Assembly (NCBI RefSeq): GCF_021729155.1
Contig: NZ_JAJQYA010000002.1
Location: 191,348-255,347 of the forward strand
Origin: Membranihabitans marinus
GTDB taxonomy: Bacteria > Bacteroidota > Bacteroidia > Chitinophagales > Saprospiraceae
Direction: 5' to 3'
DNA length: 64,000 nucleotides
Shown here: positions 9,495 through 21,100 of the stretch, piece by piece
Layout: every line of letters starts with the position of its first letter
Numbering within the stretch: position 1 is the stretch's first letter
Program-made: the position numbers and the translations under genes
Notes under the pieces: generated by a model
Database searches by the model: none
The model's input: only the letters and a program-made list of their open reading frames with translations
Told to the model about the DNA's origin: nothing

Positions 9495-11162
9495 TTATTT
9501 GTCATTGGTGTATGAATTCCATATGGAAGTCAATTGGGCTATTTCAAATTCATGTATTTTGAGTTTTGATCCATGAGGGTTAAAATAGAATCCTTTTTTG
9601 CCATTAACTGGACTTTTTCTCGCATCTATTTTGGTGAATTTTCCATTTTGAGCAAATAATTCAACAGAAGTTCTATCGACAATAATCTCCAAATCCATGG
9701 TTCGCGATTGGATCTGGTCATCTTCAAAAAACACATCATTTAATGTGTTGTAATTCATTGAATAATTAGCGATGATCTGTCCATCCAATTCCAAAATGAA
9801 TCGATTTCCTTCGATGATTTCCACTTTCATTACAATATGAAAAGCATCGCCTTCTATTTTTGATAATTCAGTATTGAGATCATCTACTGATGGGTTTTTC
9901 CAACTGTAGTTATCGATATGAAGATTTTCAATTTCTCGAATAGGTTGATTAAATAATCGAATTCCGTTTACGGTATTTCGCAAAGTAAGTTGGGTAGGGA
10001 AGAGCATCATCTGGTTGAATGCCATATTTTCCGAATTGATTTTACCCCATCCAATTTGGATTCTTCTCCCATCTTCTTTAGGGATATTATTAAATGTCTG
10101 TGAAGCGAATTGTTTACCACTATAGTATTGATGTTTGCCCGATGTCATGGTAAATTTTTCGCCATCAAAATCACCGACCATATAGGTTCCTGATGCACCA
10201 TACATTACCCATTTTTTATGGTTGAGATCGCCATCCACAGGTAGTTCGAACAATTCAGGACATTCCCAGAATCCTTCGACGTGGCTTTTGTAGTCCCAAT
10301 CTTTTAAATCTTTTGACTGATAAATAGAAAAACCATCCTTTTCAAACAGAACCATGACCCATTTTTCAGAGGGATGGTGATAAAATATTTTTGGATCTCT
10401 GAGGTTTTTTGATTGCCAGCGGTCTTGGCTATCAATGACGGGATTACCTTCGTATTTGGTCCAAGTACGACCTCTATCATTACTGTATGCTATACATTGA
10501 ACCTGTTTATGTGATTGGTGAGCGGTGTATGCGGCAATCAAGGTTTTTTCATTTCCGGTTTGAAATCCACTGCTATTGTTTTCATCTACAGCAATCGTGC
10601 CCGAAAACATTGTTCCTAAATCATCTGGGTATAAGGCTTCTCCTAATTCTTCCCAATGGAGTAGATCTTTGCTGACTGCATGTCCCCAATGCATATTTTC
10701 CCAGTGGATCTCATAGGGATTGTGCTGGTAGAAAAGATGATACTCTCCATCGTAGTAGACCAATCCGTTGGGATCGTTGATCCATCCACGTCGAGTACTA
10801 AAATGGGCCTGAGGCCGAAGCCGTTCTCGATAGAGGTCCTCGGCATCTGCTATGTCCGCTGAATTGTAAATATTTTTTAACCCGTTGCGGGCTTCTGTAA
10901 AATCTAAGGTGAGGGTTTGGCCTATATAATCCGAAACATCGGTGTATACCCAATAGTCAACTATATCATCACTTAGGCGGATAACAAATTCCCGTTGAAA
11001 ACCATTGTTATCGCGAATAGTCATCTTGCCTCGTTCCTGGTCTTGGGCTACTGGGAGGTTTATATAGGGTTCTGTTATCTTAATAGTTATTGAGGCGTTT
11101 TGTCCAAATAAAATATTGAAAGAAAATAATAATATTCCAATAAGTCTCATTGTATTTATCAT
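9495..11162 (-). CDS. Glycoside hydrolase family 32 (beta-fructofuranosidase/levanase-like), secreted
   Basis: WINDPNGL...YHLFYQHNP catalytic-nucleophile motif, RDPK motif, C-terminal beta-sandwich, N-terminal signal peptide. Confidence 0.85.
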   Translation of the reverse strand: MINTMRLIGILLFSFNILFGQNASITIKITEPYINLPVAQDQERGKMTIRDNNGFQREFVIRLSDDIVDYWVYTDVSDYIGQTLTLDFTEARNGLKNIYNSADIADAEDLYRERLRPQAHFSTRRGWINDPNGLVYYDGEYHLFYQHNPYEIHWENMHWGHAVSKDLLHWEELGEALYPDDLGTMFSGTIAVDENNSSGFQTGNEKTLIAAYTAHQSHKQVQCIAYSNDRGRTWTKYEGNPVIDSQDRWQSKNLRDPKIFYHHPSEKWVMVLFEKDGFSIYQSKDLKDWDYKSHVEGFWECPELFELPVDGDLNHKKWVMYGASGTYMVGDFDGEKFTMTSGKHQYYSGKQFASQTFNNIPKEDGRRIQIGWGKINSENMAFNQMMLFPTQLTLRNTVNGIRLFNQPIREIENLHIDNYSWKNPSVDDLNTELSKIEGDAFHIVMKVEIIEGNRFILELDGQIIANYSMNYNTLNDVFFEDDQIQSRTMDLEIIVDRTSVELFAQNGKFTKIDARKSPVNGKKGFYFNPHGSKLKIHEFEIAQLTSIWNSYTNDK

Positions 11163-11260
11163 TTTGACAGACTATAATAAAGGTTTTTTTAGTAAAAACA
11201 TAATATTTTAAAATTAAATATCAGTTATTACTAAATCTAATTATAAGTTGTAATTCAACA

Positions 11261-12253
11261 TTACGAATTCCATGGTAATAACTTGATTGTGTTTAATTCT
11301 ATCCTTTTGGGAGGACTGGTATTTAGGTTTTGGCCGGATAGTACTAGTTGATATTTCTCTAAATAAGCTTCAGTCATTTTTTTAGAGTGAAAACTCTCTC
11401 TTGCATATTCATGGCAAAATCGCGCATTGTATTGGTCACTGTTCAATATAGCCTCTGTCATCTCCTGACCTTCAATGGTTAAGTATCCAACCTCTTTATG
11501 GATCAATTCCGGCAGAGATCCATAGGGGGTTCCAAATACTGGACAACCAAAATACATGCTTTCAATTATAGCCAATCCAAATGGTTCATGCCATCGAACT
11601 GGAAATATTAATCCTTTAGAGCCTTGAATTAAACCATCTTTTTTAATACCTCCAACCATGCCGTGAAATTCAGCTCGTCGGCTCAGTGTCCAACGAAATC
11701 CCATGGAAAAATTTAACCTTCGTCCACCTAATATCTTTATTTTTTCCTTTGGACTGGCTTTAATTACATTGATAGCACCTCTAACATTTTTAACTCTCCA
11801 GGCTGCCTTTCCTAAAAAATGGAAATATTTTCTATTAATTTGGAAGTTTACCTTAGAGTAGTCTTCCCAATCTAAACCATTGTATACAAAATTTTGAGAA
11901 CCAAATCTACTCGCATGATTACTTGAAATAAAAATGGTATTGAGATCGAGGGGATTAGAATGGTTGGGATTTCCATGAAGGGTGATTACGTAGGGCCGGT
12001 CGATTGACGTATAGTTGTCGGGGAAATAATGGAAATGGACAAGGTCGATATCTTTGGGGATTTGAGATCTAATGTCCTTATTAGGATTCAATACAATAAC
12101 CTTAGCAAAATCGCAAGTGGAATTCGCTTCAACTAGATAAGTTATCTTATGGCCTAATTTAACTAGTTCTTTTCCCAAATACCAAATTACTCGTTCCGTG
12201 CCACCATAATGTTTAAATGGAATGACACCGTTTTTGACGATGAGTATATTCAT
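11261..12253 (-). CDS. Glycosyltransferase family 4 (GT-B fold)
   Basis: 330 aa. N-terminal MNILIV...HYGGTERV and a C-terminal E-x7-E-like region typical of GT4. Confidence 0.7.
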   Translation of the reverse strand: MNILIVKNGVIPFKHYGGTERVIWYLGKELVKLGHKITYLVEANSTCDFAKVIVLNPNKDIRSQIPKDIDLVHFHYFPDNYTSIDRPYVITLHGNPNHSNPLDLNTIFISSNHASRFGSQNFVYNGLDWEDYSKVNFQINRKYFHFLGKAAWRVKNVRGAINVIKASPKEKIKILGGRRLNFSMGFRWTLSRRAEFHGMVGGIKKDGLIQGSKGLIFPVRWHEPFGLAIIESMYFGCPVFGTPYGSLPELIHKEVGYLTIEGQEMTEAILNSDQYNARFCHEYARESFHSKKMTEAYLEKYQLVLSGQNLNTSPPKRIELNTIKLLPWNS

Positions 12254-12519
12254 AAATTATTTGATCTATTCAGTGAGTTGAATATCTAATTAAAATTATA
12301 TGAATTAATATACGATATTAATTTAGTATAAGTATATTTAGTTGATTATTTTTTTGTTGTTTTTTATTTAAATGGTTTTGCAAAGTGTTATTTATTCCGG
12401 ATTTTAAATTATACCAAATGAGTTTATAATTGTCGGTAATCTTTCGATTTCTGTAGAGTACGAGCGAATGAAGTAGTCTGAAAGACTACTAAATGCCTAT
12501 TTTAAGACATTTGGATCTT

Positions 12520-12680
12520 GGATCTTCATTCGGTCGTATACTGCATTTGGTCATTATAGCTTGAGCCTGATTTTAGGAGACGCAGGGCCAACCCACACGA
12601 CATGGAGGTGAAGGAGTGAAGTGCGCAGCACCGTAGAGACGCAATGCCTTGCGTCTTCACTCATTCAATCAGACTTGGTC
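12520..12680. repeat. Partial copy of the GC-rich structured repeat family, in inverted orientation. Contains CTTCATTCGGTCGT...GGTCATT and the hairpin AGACGCAA-GGC-ATTGCGTCT.
   Basis: GGTGCTGCGCACTTC, as the reverse complement of 12612-12626, matches 237-251. CCTTCACCT blocks and the CATTCGGTC motif are shared with the copy at 1-360. Confidence 0.45.
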
Positions 12681-12723
12681 TCAATGAATATATTTTTATA
12701 ACCTGGTTTTACGATAAGTACAA

Positions 12724-14076
12724 TTAGACTACCTGATATATGGAATAAAGACCTACGCCCATAATGGCAATGATGCTTATCCATAGAAAGATGTCGTATA
12801 GAAGTTTGGGTTTCAATGGTTCGGGCAAGTTGTTGTATCTAAAATGATATGCGGCATATACAACGATTAACAGCAAAATAGAAGTTGAAAAACCCCCAAT
12901 TAAAATCATCAAAACAGGTAGTTTTATAAAGAAATACAGGATGGCCCATAAACTTGGAAAAATCCATGCCATGGCTTTAAAACTCTTCGCCCTTACTTTG
13001 ACATCGTGGAAAGAAATCCATCCCAATTGGCCAAATGCATCGGTGAATATTCTTGTCCAACTGGCTAGAGCGGCAAAAACTGTGGAAAATAATGCAACTA
13101 TGGCACCTAGTAAATACATCACATTTGCCCATGATCCCAATGACTCAGTATACAGTAATGCCAACGTCTTAATGGTTTCATAACCCTCAGGCATCAATCC
13201 CTGTGAATGCAAGATGGATGCTCCCAAAAGGTAAAAAGCCGCAGTTACAATGGTGTATACTACCATAGATAAAATAGCGTCCCAATGCATGACCTGTATC
13301 CATCCACGAGCTCTATTGTACCACTCTTCTGTATCTTGATAGGGTCCTGTAAATCTCGCATAGCCTTTCTCTATACACCAATAATTGTAATACATGATTT
13401 CATCACCACCAATACCGGTTATTCCAAATGCAGCAATGGCAACAGCTACAGCAGACGCTGGAAGTGAAAAGGACAAACCCTCGCGAATATCGGCCCAATG
13501 AATCTGGTATTCGGTAAATTGAACGGCTATTAATGAGGCAAAGGTCAGTAAAGTAAAAAATAGGATCATTGATAACGCCAATTTTTCTATAGATCCATAA
13601 TTCCCCTTAGCTATCAATAATGCAGCTACGATGGCAGCAAAACACACATAAACCCAAATAGGGAAAAATGGCAGTAACATATGGATGGCGATGCCCACAC
13701 CACCAATGATTCCCCCGACCTGAAGCAATTTGAAAAGTTGAATAAATAACCAACTCCATATCGTCCAATTGGTTTTTTTTATCCGGGGACCGGGCAACTC
13801 GTTAAAGGCCATCATCACCGTTTTACCAGAGAAAATGGCTTGTTTACCAAATTCCATTTGCAGGGTAACTTTTACCAAACAACTGACCAAAATGACCCAG
13901 AATGCAATAAAACCTGCTTTTGCTCCCAATGCAGTGGTTGCTATAAGTTCACCTGAGCCAACTACAGCCGCCGATAAAATAAAACCTGGACCGATTTGTT
14001 TGATTTTACCTATAGTGGTAGTAGGTGGCTCTAAAATTCCTGATTCATCTCTAGTATATAAATCGGTTGTTGCCAT
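12724..14076 (-). CDS. NRAMP-related divalent metal cation transporter (MntH-like, divergent)
   Basis: 450 aa, about 11 TM segments. N-terminal GPGFILSAAVVGSGELIATTALGAKAGF resembles the NRAMP TM1 consensus GPGFL...DPGN...AGA, but the DPGN motif is replaced by SGEL. Confidence 0.55.
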   Translation of the reverse strand: MATTDLYTRDESGILEPPTTTIGKIKQIGPGFILSAAVVGSGELIATTALGAKAGFIAFWVILVSCLVKVTLQMEFGKQAIFSGKTVMMAFNELPGPRIKKTNWTIWSWLFIQLFKLLQVGGIIGGVGIAIHMLLPFFPIWVYVCFAAIVAALLIAKGNYGSIEKLALSMILFFTLLTFASLIAVQFTEYQIHWADIREGLSFSLPASAVAVAIAAFGITGIGGDEIMYYNYWCIEKGYARFTGPYQDTEEWYNRARGWIQVMHWDAILSMVVYTIVTAAFYLLGASILHSQGLMPEGYETIKTLALLYTESLGSWANVMYLLGAIVALFSTVFAALASWTRIFTDAFGQLGWISFHDVKVRAKSFKAMAWIFPSLWAILYFFIKLPVLMILIGGFSTSILLLIVVYAAYHFRYNNLPEPLKPKLLYDIFLWISIIAIMGVGLYSIYQVV

Positions 14077-14325
14077 GTTTTATAATTTATGTTTTTATTT
14101 TTCTAATGATATTGAAATAGTGTAACAAATAAAACAAAATATTTGGACTATTTCCCTTTGTGTGTTTAATTGTTTGCAAATGCTAGTGTTATTAAAAATT
14201 TAAAATATTTTATACATCCTTTAATTGGTGATCTCTTCGCTCCGTCTTTTGATAATGTGGTATGAGATATATGATGCTGTTTTAAAAAAACTATTTACCT
14301 TGTGTCGCAATTACGAGAATAGCCT

Positions 14326-14862
14326 ATGATACTGAGTGATAAAAAAATATTGGAGTCCATCGATAATGGACAAATAGTAATTGAACCTTTCGATCCTTCT
14401 TGTTTGGGAACCAATTCATACGATGTTCACCTTGGAAAGTGGTTGGCCTATTACAAGGATCATATTCTCGATGCTAAGAAACATAACACTATTGAGCATT
14501 TAGAAATCCCAGAAGAAGGCTTTGTATTACATCCCAATACCCTATACCTCGGAGTGACAGAAGAATATACTGAGACTCATAATTCTGTACCATTTTTGGA
14601 AGGGAAGAGCAGTGTGGGGCGATTGGGTATAGATATTCACGCAACTGCCGGTAAAGGCGATGTAGGTTTTTGTAATACTTGGACATTGGAAATCTCATGT
14701 ACCCACCCGGTAAGGGTATACGCAGGAATGCCCATAGGTCAATTGATCTATTTTATGGTGGAAGGTGAAATAGAAAACTATTACAATAAAAAAGCCAACG
14801 CCAAATACAACGAAAGAACCATTCGACCAGTAGAGTCGATGATGTGGAAAAACAACTTCTAA
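14326..14862 (+). CDS. dcd: dCTP deaminase
   Basis: 178 aa. MILSDKKILE... N-terminus and overall length match Dcd/dUTPase-fold dCTP deaminases. Confidence 0.85.
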   Translation: MILSDKKILESIDNGQIVIEPFDPSCLGTNSYDVHLGKWLAYYKDHILDAKKHNTIEHLEIPEEGFVLHPNTLYLGVTEEYTETHNSVPFLEGKSSVGRLGIDIHATAGKGDVGFCNTWTLEISCTHPVRVYAGMPIGQLIYFMVEGEIENYYNKKANAKYNERTIRPVESMMWKNNF

Positions 14863-14913
14863 TTCCAGAACCTGGCCGGTGTGATTTGTTTTAGATTTTA
14901 GGTAATTAAATCT

Positions 14914-16941
14914 TTAAGAATTAGTTCCGTCCCAATTCATTTTCTGTAGTCGAATTGCATTGGCTATGGCTACTAAGGCCAATCCTACATCTGCGAATAC
15001 TGCTTCCCACATGGACGCATAACCGATAGCCCCCAAAATCAAAACAAGGATCTTTACAGCAAAGACAAGGTAGATGTTTTGCCAAATAATTCTTTGGGTT
15101 GATCGAGCTATTTTAATGGCTGTGATAAGTTTAGACGGTTGGTCGTTTTGCAAAATAACATCGGCAGTTTCTATCGCAATATCACTACCCATTCCCCCCA
15201 TTGCAATACCAATATCGCAAGCGGCCAACACCGGTGCATCATTGATGCCATCACCCATAAATGCAGTGATGCGATCTTGTTGATATGTTAAATCTTCAAC
15301 ATAGGCCAGTTTATCTTCTGGCAATAAATCACCTTGGGCATAGGGAATATTCAATTCTTTAGCGATGCCTTGGGTAATACTGTCCTTGTCCCCTGAAAGC
15401 ATATATATTTCTGATATACCTAGGTTTTTAATTCCCAAAATCGCAGCTTCGGCATCCTCTTTGACTTGGTCGGCTAAAATTACTCGACCCGCATATTCGT
15501 CTTTGATAGCAATATAGATTGCCGTACCGGATAATGGATTCAAATTCTGAGGGAGAGTAATTCCTTTCATTGATAGTAAATTTTCATTACCCACAACAAC
15601 TTCATCACCATTGACTCGACCAGACAATCCACGGCCAGACCATTCTTCTACATCTTGGGCTTGAGGCAGGGGATGATCTACCGAATAATCGAGTAGAGCC
15701 TGGGCCAATGGATGGTTGGATTGAGATTCGATAGATTGGATATAGGCCATTATATTTTGATCAGAATAGCCATTTATGGCATCTATATACTTTATGCCAA
15801 ATTTGCCAGTAGTGACTGTTCCTGTCTTATCCAATACCAAGGTGTTGATCTTAGTAATTTGGTCGATATAATTGCTGCCCTTAAATAAAATACCATTTCT
15901 AGAGGCAGCACCCAAACCACCAAAATAACCGAGGGGAATAGAAATAACGAGGGCACAAGGGCAGGAGATGACCAAAAACACCAATGCTCTGTACAGCCAG
16001 TCACTAAATACATATTGGTCTAGGAAAATCATTGGGACGAGGCATAGAGCAACCGCTAGATAGAATACTATTGGGGTATATATTTTTGCCAATTTTCTAA
16101 TTAGTAATTCTGATTTTGCTTTTTTACTATTGGCATTCTGAACCATATCCAAAATCCGAGAAATTGAACTATCCTTGTATGACTTTGTCACTTCTATTTC
16201 TAATACATTACTTAGATTGATGGATCCAGCCATAAGATTATGTCCTCTGTCAAAATGTTGTACATTACTTTCACCAGTAATGGCTGCCGTATTTAATTGG
16301 GCACTGGCACTGTGCAAAATACCATCTAGTGGTATACTTTCACCTACCTTGACTCGAATCATGTCACCAATATTCACTTCTTCAGGGCTTACGGTAACAT
16401 AGGTATTAGATCGGGCAACATGGGCTATCTTGGGGCGAATATCCAATAAGGCGGAAATGCTTCTTTTGGCTTTGCGCAATGCATTGGATTGAAGAATTTC
16501 ACCAAAAGTATAGAACAACATCACGGCTACAGCTTCGGGATATTCACCAATAGCAATGGCCCCGATAGTAGCTATACTCATTAAGAAAAATTCCGTGAAA
16601 ATTTGCTTTTTACCTATAGCCTTCACAGCCTCTTTAATTACCGGTAGACCTACGATGAGGTAGGCCAATAAATACCAAGGGATTTTGACCCAATTTATGA
16701 AAAAAGATGCCTTAAAGTAAAACTCAAAAACCAAGCCAGACAGCAAGAGTAATCCACTTGTAATAATGGGAAGGTAAAGTGGCCAATTAAACGAAAATCT
16801 ACTCGAATCTTGGGAGTAATCTGATAGCCCCCTTTTATTGGTTGAGTTTGTGATGGGTTGAACTTCTATGTTTGAAGAAGATTCATCCATTGAGCAACAT
16901 TTTGGATTGATTTCTTTGTCGGTATGTTGAAGGTTTGACAT
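14914..16941 (-). CDS. Heavy-metal translocating P1B-type ATPase, Zn/Cd/Pb type. Has no classical N-terminal HMA CxxC domain but an N-terminal CC motif.
   Basis: DKTGT phosphorylation motif, GDGINDAP hinge, intramembrane CPC (SCPCALV) and ADVG in the last TM pair (ZntA-type Asp). N-terminal extension contains KCCSMDE. Confidence 0.85.
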   Translation of the reverse strand: MSNLQHTDKEINPKCCSMDESSSNIEVQPITNSTNKRGLSDYSQDSSRFSFNWPLYLPIITSGLLLLSGLVFEFYFKASFFINWVKIPWYLLAYLIVGLPVIKEAVKAIGKKQIFTEFFLMSIATIGAIAIGEYPEAVAVMLFYTFGEILQSNALRKAKRSISALLDIRPKIAHVARSNTYVTVSPEEVNIGDMIRVKVGESIPLDGILHSASAQLNTAAITGESNVQHFDRGHNLMAGSINLSNVLEIEVTKSYKDSSISRILDMVQNANSKKAKSELLIRKLAKIYTPIVFYLAVALCLVPMIFLDQYVFSDWLYRALVFLVISCPCALVISIPLGYFGGLGAASRNGILFKGSNYIDQITKINTLVLDKTGTVTTGKFGIKYIDAINGYSDQNIMAYIQSIESQSNHPLAQALLDYSVDHPLPQAQDVEEWSGRGLSGRVNGDEVVVGNENLLSMKGITLPQNLNPLSGTAIYIAIKDEYAGRVILADQVKEDAEAAILGIKNLGISEIYMLSGDKDSITQGIAKELNIPYAQGDLLPEDKLAYVEDLTYQQDRITAFMGDGINDAPVLAACDIGIAMGGMGSDIAIETADVILQNDQPSKLITAIKIARSTQRIIWQNIYLVFAVKILVLILGAIGYASMWEAVFADVGLALVAIANAIRLQKMNWDGTNS

Positions 16942-16952
16942 TTTAATAATTT

Positions 16953-18188
16953 TTAGTGTTCGTGTTCTAGTTCTCCCGATTTGGAATGGGCATATATATA
17001 ATAGCTTCCCTTTATTACAATTTTATGTCCCGAAGGAAGGTCTTCTAGCATTCGTAAACTGGTATATCCTCCAGATGTAGACTCTGGAATTACCATTATT
17101 TTTTTAAACTCTACTGACTTGCCTTCTGAGTCGGGATTGGCAGTATATATATAGGACGATTCACCATCTTGGATAATGGCTTCTTCAGGCAATGCTGTAA
17201 CAGACCCCCCGTTAAGCCAAATCTTAGCATCAATAAACAAATCTTTAATAAAAGGCTGAATCTCTTCATCGAGATGGCCGTGGATCCTCACCGTTTTATT
17301 TTCTAAATTAAACTCTTTTCCAATAATTTCGACTTCTCCATTATACATTTTACTTCCCAAGGCGGGAATAGTGTAGGTGATCTTTTGCCCTTTTTCAATT
17401 AGAGCGATATCCTTTTCAAAAACATCCAGTTCTAAATGCAAATGTTCATTACTTATAATCTCTAAAAGTTGGTCTTGAGGATTGACATATTGTCCGTTGT
17501 GTATATTTACTGCGGTTATGTAACCAGAACTAGGTGAAATAAGTGGTATTTTGTCAACAAATGGATTTTTCTCGATCTCACCTACATCAATTCCGTAATA
17601 GGTCAATTGTTTTTCAATGGACTGTATTTGTGCTTTTTTTATGGCAATGTCTGATTCTAGACTCTGTCTATTTTTTTCAATACCTGCCTTAGCATTAGCT
17701 AGGGTTTCCTGTCTGGCAATTGATTGTTGAAGATAGATCAGTTCTGCTTGTAAGGTGAGATAGGATTCCTGTTTGAGAATTAGATCGGGATTTTCGATAT
17801 AGGCCAAGATCTTGCCTTTTTGAATATATTCCCCTTCTACCATTTTTATACTGTTGGATATAACTCCAGGAAATTTTGTGTTGACACTGGTATAGGCATT
17901 CGGAGGCAATCCCAAAGTTCCAGTAGCTTTGATAAAATCGTTTATTTTCATTTCGGAAAAACTTCCAAATTCTATGCTAATGGTATTCATTTGATCACGC
18001 GTGAGAGATATCACTTCATGATCGGATGACATCGCTTTCTCACTATGATGGTCACTTGAGGTTTCATCCTCATGTAGATGGTTGTCGGTTGAATGGTCAG
18101 TATGATTATCCTCGTCAGTGGATCGAGAGGTGTTTTGACAGGCAAACAATAGGACGAAGAAAAAACTATATATGATATTTAAATTCAT
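16953..18188 (-). CDS. RND efflux periplasmic adaptor (CzcB/CusB-like) with His-rich N- and C-terminal tails
   Basis: MFP architecture (coiled-coil, lipoyl and beta-barrel segments). Tail sequences include HTDHSTDNHLHEDE...DHHSEK and a C-terminal ELEHEH. Start set at MNLNII...; the ORF track extends to 18245 and overlaps the upstream gene. Confidence 0.8.
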   Translation of the reverse strand: MNLNIIYSFFFVLLFACQNTSRSTDEDNHTDHSTDNHLHEDETSSDHHSEKAMSSDHEVISLTRDQMNTISIEFGSFSEMKINDFIKATGTLGLPPNAYTSVNTKFPGVISNSIKMVEGEYIQKGKILAYIENPDLILKQESYLTLQAELIYLQQSIARQETLANAKAGIEKNRQSLESDIAIKKAQIQSIEKQLTYYGIDVGEIEKNPFVDKIPLISPSSGYITAVNIHNGQYVNPQDQLLEIISNEHLHLELDVFEKDIALIEKGQKITYTIPALGSKMYNGEVEIIGKEFNLENKTVRIHGHLDEEIQPFIKDLFIDAKIWLNGGSVTALPEEAIIQDGESSYIYTANPDSEGKSVEFKKIMVIPESTSGGYTSLRMLEDLPSGHKIVIKGSYYIYAHSKSGELEHEH

Positions 18189-18196
18189 TTTGTTAA

Positions 18197-21100
18197 TTAT
18201 TGATATTGAGTAAAATATTGGTATTGGGCTATAGCATTTTGCCAACCCAAACGTTGATTTAGATAACCTTTCCGTTTCTGAAACAGAAGGTCAAGGGTTT
18301 TTAGCAGGTCTAAATAATCCATTTCTCCTGCATCATAAATAGCTTCAGACATAGATTTTACCATCGGATTAATGGTTTCAATTTGTGTCTTGTAGTATGA
18401 AAATCCAGCATGATATTGTTCGATCTCTTTAATGGTTTTGGCTATTTTATTGGCTATTTCTAGAGATTGAATTTCAACATCTAATTCACTTTTTTTAATT
18501 TCAATGTTTTGGGATTCTATCAAACGTTTTTGTTGAGACCGCATAAGTGGCAAGGTCATCCCCAATTGTAAGCCGTGTAATTGACCGCCATCGAAATAGT
18601 TTTGTAAGCCATATCCAATATTGAAATCTGGTTTCATAGACGTCTTTAGTTGATGGAGTTTATGTAGCTGTATATCAATTGATTGCGTCTTTTCTGTTGT
18701 CCAAAGACTAGAAGGTTGAGCACTAGGTGACCACGTAATCGTATCCACAGCGGGCAGAGGATGGACAGGGAGATTTTGATTTGTCCATATGGCCAACTGC
18801 TCTTCTAAATAGTCAATTTCTAGTCGAGTACCTCGTTGCTGAATTTGGTATTCTTCTAACTGAGATTGAATATGTATAGCTTCCAATGGCTGTGTGAGAC
18901 CAGCAGATCGTCGAACCTCTGATTTTTTAAGATATTCACGGTATACTTTAATCAAATCTTCATAGACATCCCATAATTCATTTTGGTATTGGGCCTCATA
19001 GTAGATTAGTTTTACTGAGAGGACGAGTTCTTGAATATTTATTTCTCTTCTCGTCTTGGCCAATGCAAATAAACCGGCATTGACGGCGTTGGCGGCTTTG
19101 ACTTTTTGGGGATGAGGCAATGATTGATTTACGGTAAGTTGATTGACCAATTGTCCATTTTCTTTAAAAAGACCGTCGCCCTCATATTGGATTTGAGTAT
19201 TACCCAAACTGTAGGGCATATTTTGTAAACTGCTGTATTGGTCCACCGATAAATTGAATTGATCCATCAAAGGATGGTTTTGCTGCAATAATGTTATAAC
19301 ACTATCGAGACCCAAGGTTATGGATTGACCTTGTGTCCATTGACTGGCAAACAATATGGGGATGGGCAATAATATATTTCGCAATAAAATTTTATTAGAT
19401 CCTTTTTCTTGCCATCTAGCTAAATAGTAATACAATATCGGTAAAGCTATGAGGGTCAGAAAAGTAGCTGTGATCAGTCCACCTATGACTACAGTGGCCA
19501 AGGGGCGTTGGACTTCTGCTCCCCCAGAGGTAGATAAGGCCATGGGTAAAAATCCCAGCGAAGCTACACTGGCCGTCATTATTACAGGCCGAAGTCGGAC
19601 TTGTGTTCCATGTTTTATACGGTCCATAATGTCTTTCATCCCTTCATTTTTTAATTGATTAAAATATCCAATGAGGACAATGCCATTGAGAACGGCCACC
19701 CCAAACAGAGCAATAAATCCTATACCTGCAGAAATGCTAAAAGGCATATCTCTTAGCTGTAGAGCCCAAATACCACCAATAGCCGAAAGGGGGATAGCGG
19801 TAAATATTAGACCAGCTTGTGCTACCGAACCGAAAGTGAAATACAGTAAGATAAATATGATACCTAGAGCAATGGGCAAGGCAATGGACAACCGTTTTGT
19901 AGCGGCCTTAAGATTTTCAAACTGTCCTCCATAACTAAAATAATATCCAGCAGGCAGGTTTAATTCCCGATTCAATGATGTTTCTATGTTATTGACCAAG
20001 GTTTCTACATCAGTATCGCCCACATTGACGCCGATGACGATTCGACGATTGGTATTGTCTCTAGAAATCTGCATTGGAGCATCTTGAAGGCTAACTTTCG
20101 CCAATGAGGATAGTGGTACTTGATTGCCATCATCCAAGGGTACATAAAGTTCTTGTACATCCTGTATGTCTACTCGATTGTCTTGATTGAGTCGAACTAC
20201 TAGGTCAAATCGTTTTTCGCCTTCGTATATGACTCCTGCTTTTTCACCTGCAAAGGACGATCGAATAACTTGATTGACTTCTTTGACGTGTACACCGTAG
20301 CGCGCCATTTTCGAGTAATCGTATTCAATCATTATTTGAGGCATGCCTATGGTTTGCTCGACATTGACAGTAGACACTCCTGGTAATTGTTGAATAATGG
20401 ATTCAGCTTCTTTTGCTTTATCGTACAATAAGTCGAGATTGTCTCCGTATAATTTAATGGCAATATCAGCTTTGGTTCCAGTCATTAATTCGTTGAATCT
20501 GAGTTGGATGGGTTGTGAGAATTCATATCCTACTCCAGGTATGTCGTGGAGACTGGCTTCAAATTTTTCAAAAATTTCTTTTCTGTTTTTAGCCGATGTC
20601 CATTCGTCCATGTCTTTCATGATCAACACATAATCGGCGATTTCAACCGGCATGGGATCGGTGGGGATTTCAGCCGATCCTATATTGGCGACAATGTCTT
20701 CGATTTCTGGAAACTCGTTGAGCAGTTTTTCCTGAATCATTTTTGCAGTGGCAATACTCTGTGATAATGAGCTTCCAGGTGGAAGAATATGTTGCATGGC
20801 CAAATCACCTTCTTCTAAGGTGGGTATAAATTCCCCTCCCATTTTGCTAAACACTGCTATGCTGATACCGAAGATTGCAATGATGACAGCGAGAACGAGT
20901 TTTTTATAGGTAAATGCCATTCGAAGTAATGGACTATAGAGGTTTTGGATATAGGCTATTATTCGATCGGAAAAATTCTTTTTATGCTGTACATTTTTGT
21001 TCAATAGCCAAGCGACCATCATGGGTACATAGGTTAAAGACAGTATTAAAGCTCCGATAATGGCCAACATTACGGTCTGAGCCATGGGTTTAAACATTTT

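Noticed and set aside
14077-14325. Mn (yybP-ykoY) riboswitch upstream of the NRAMP-like gene
   Set aside because: The conserved riboswitch helices and motifs could not be recognised by eye in this 250-bp divergent promoter region. A covariance-model search would be needed.
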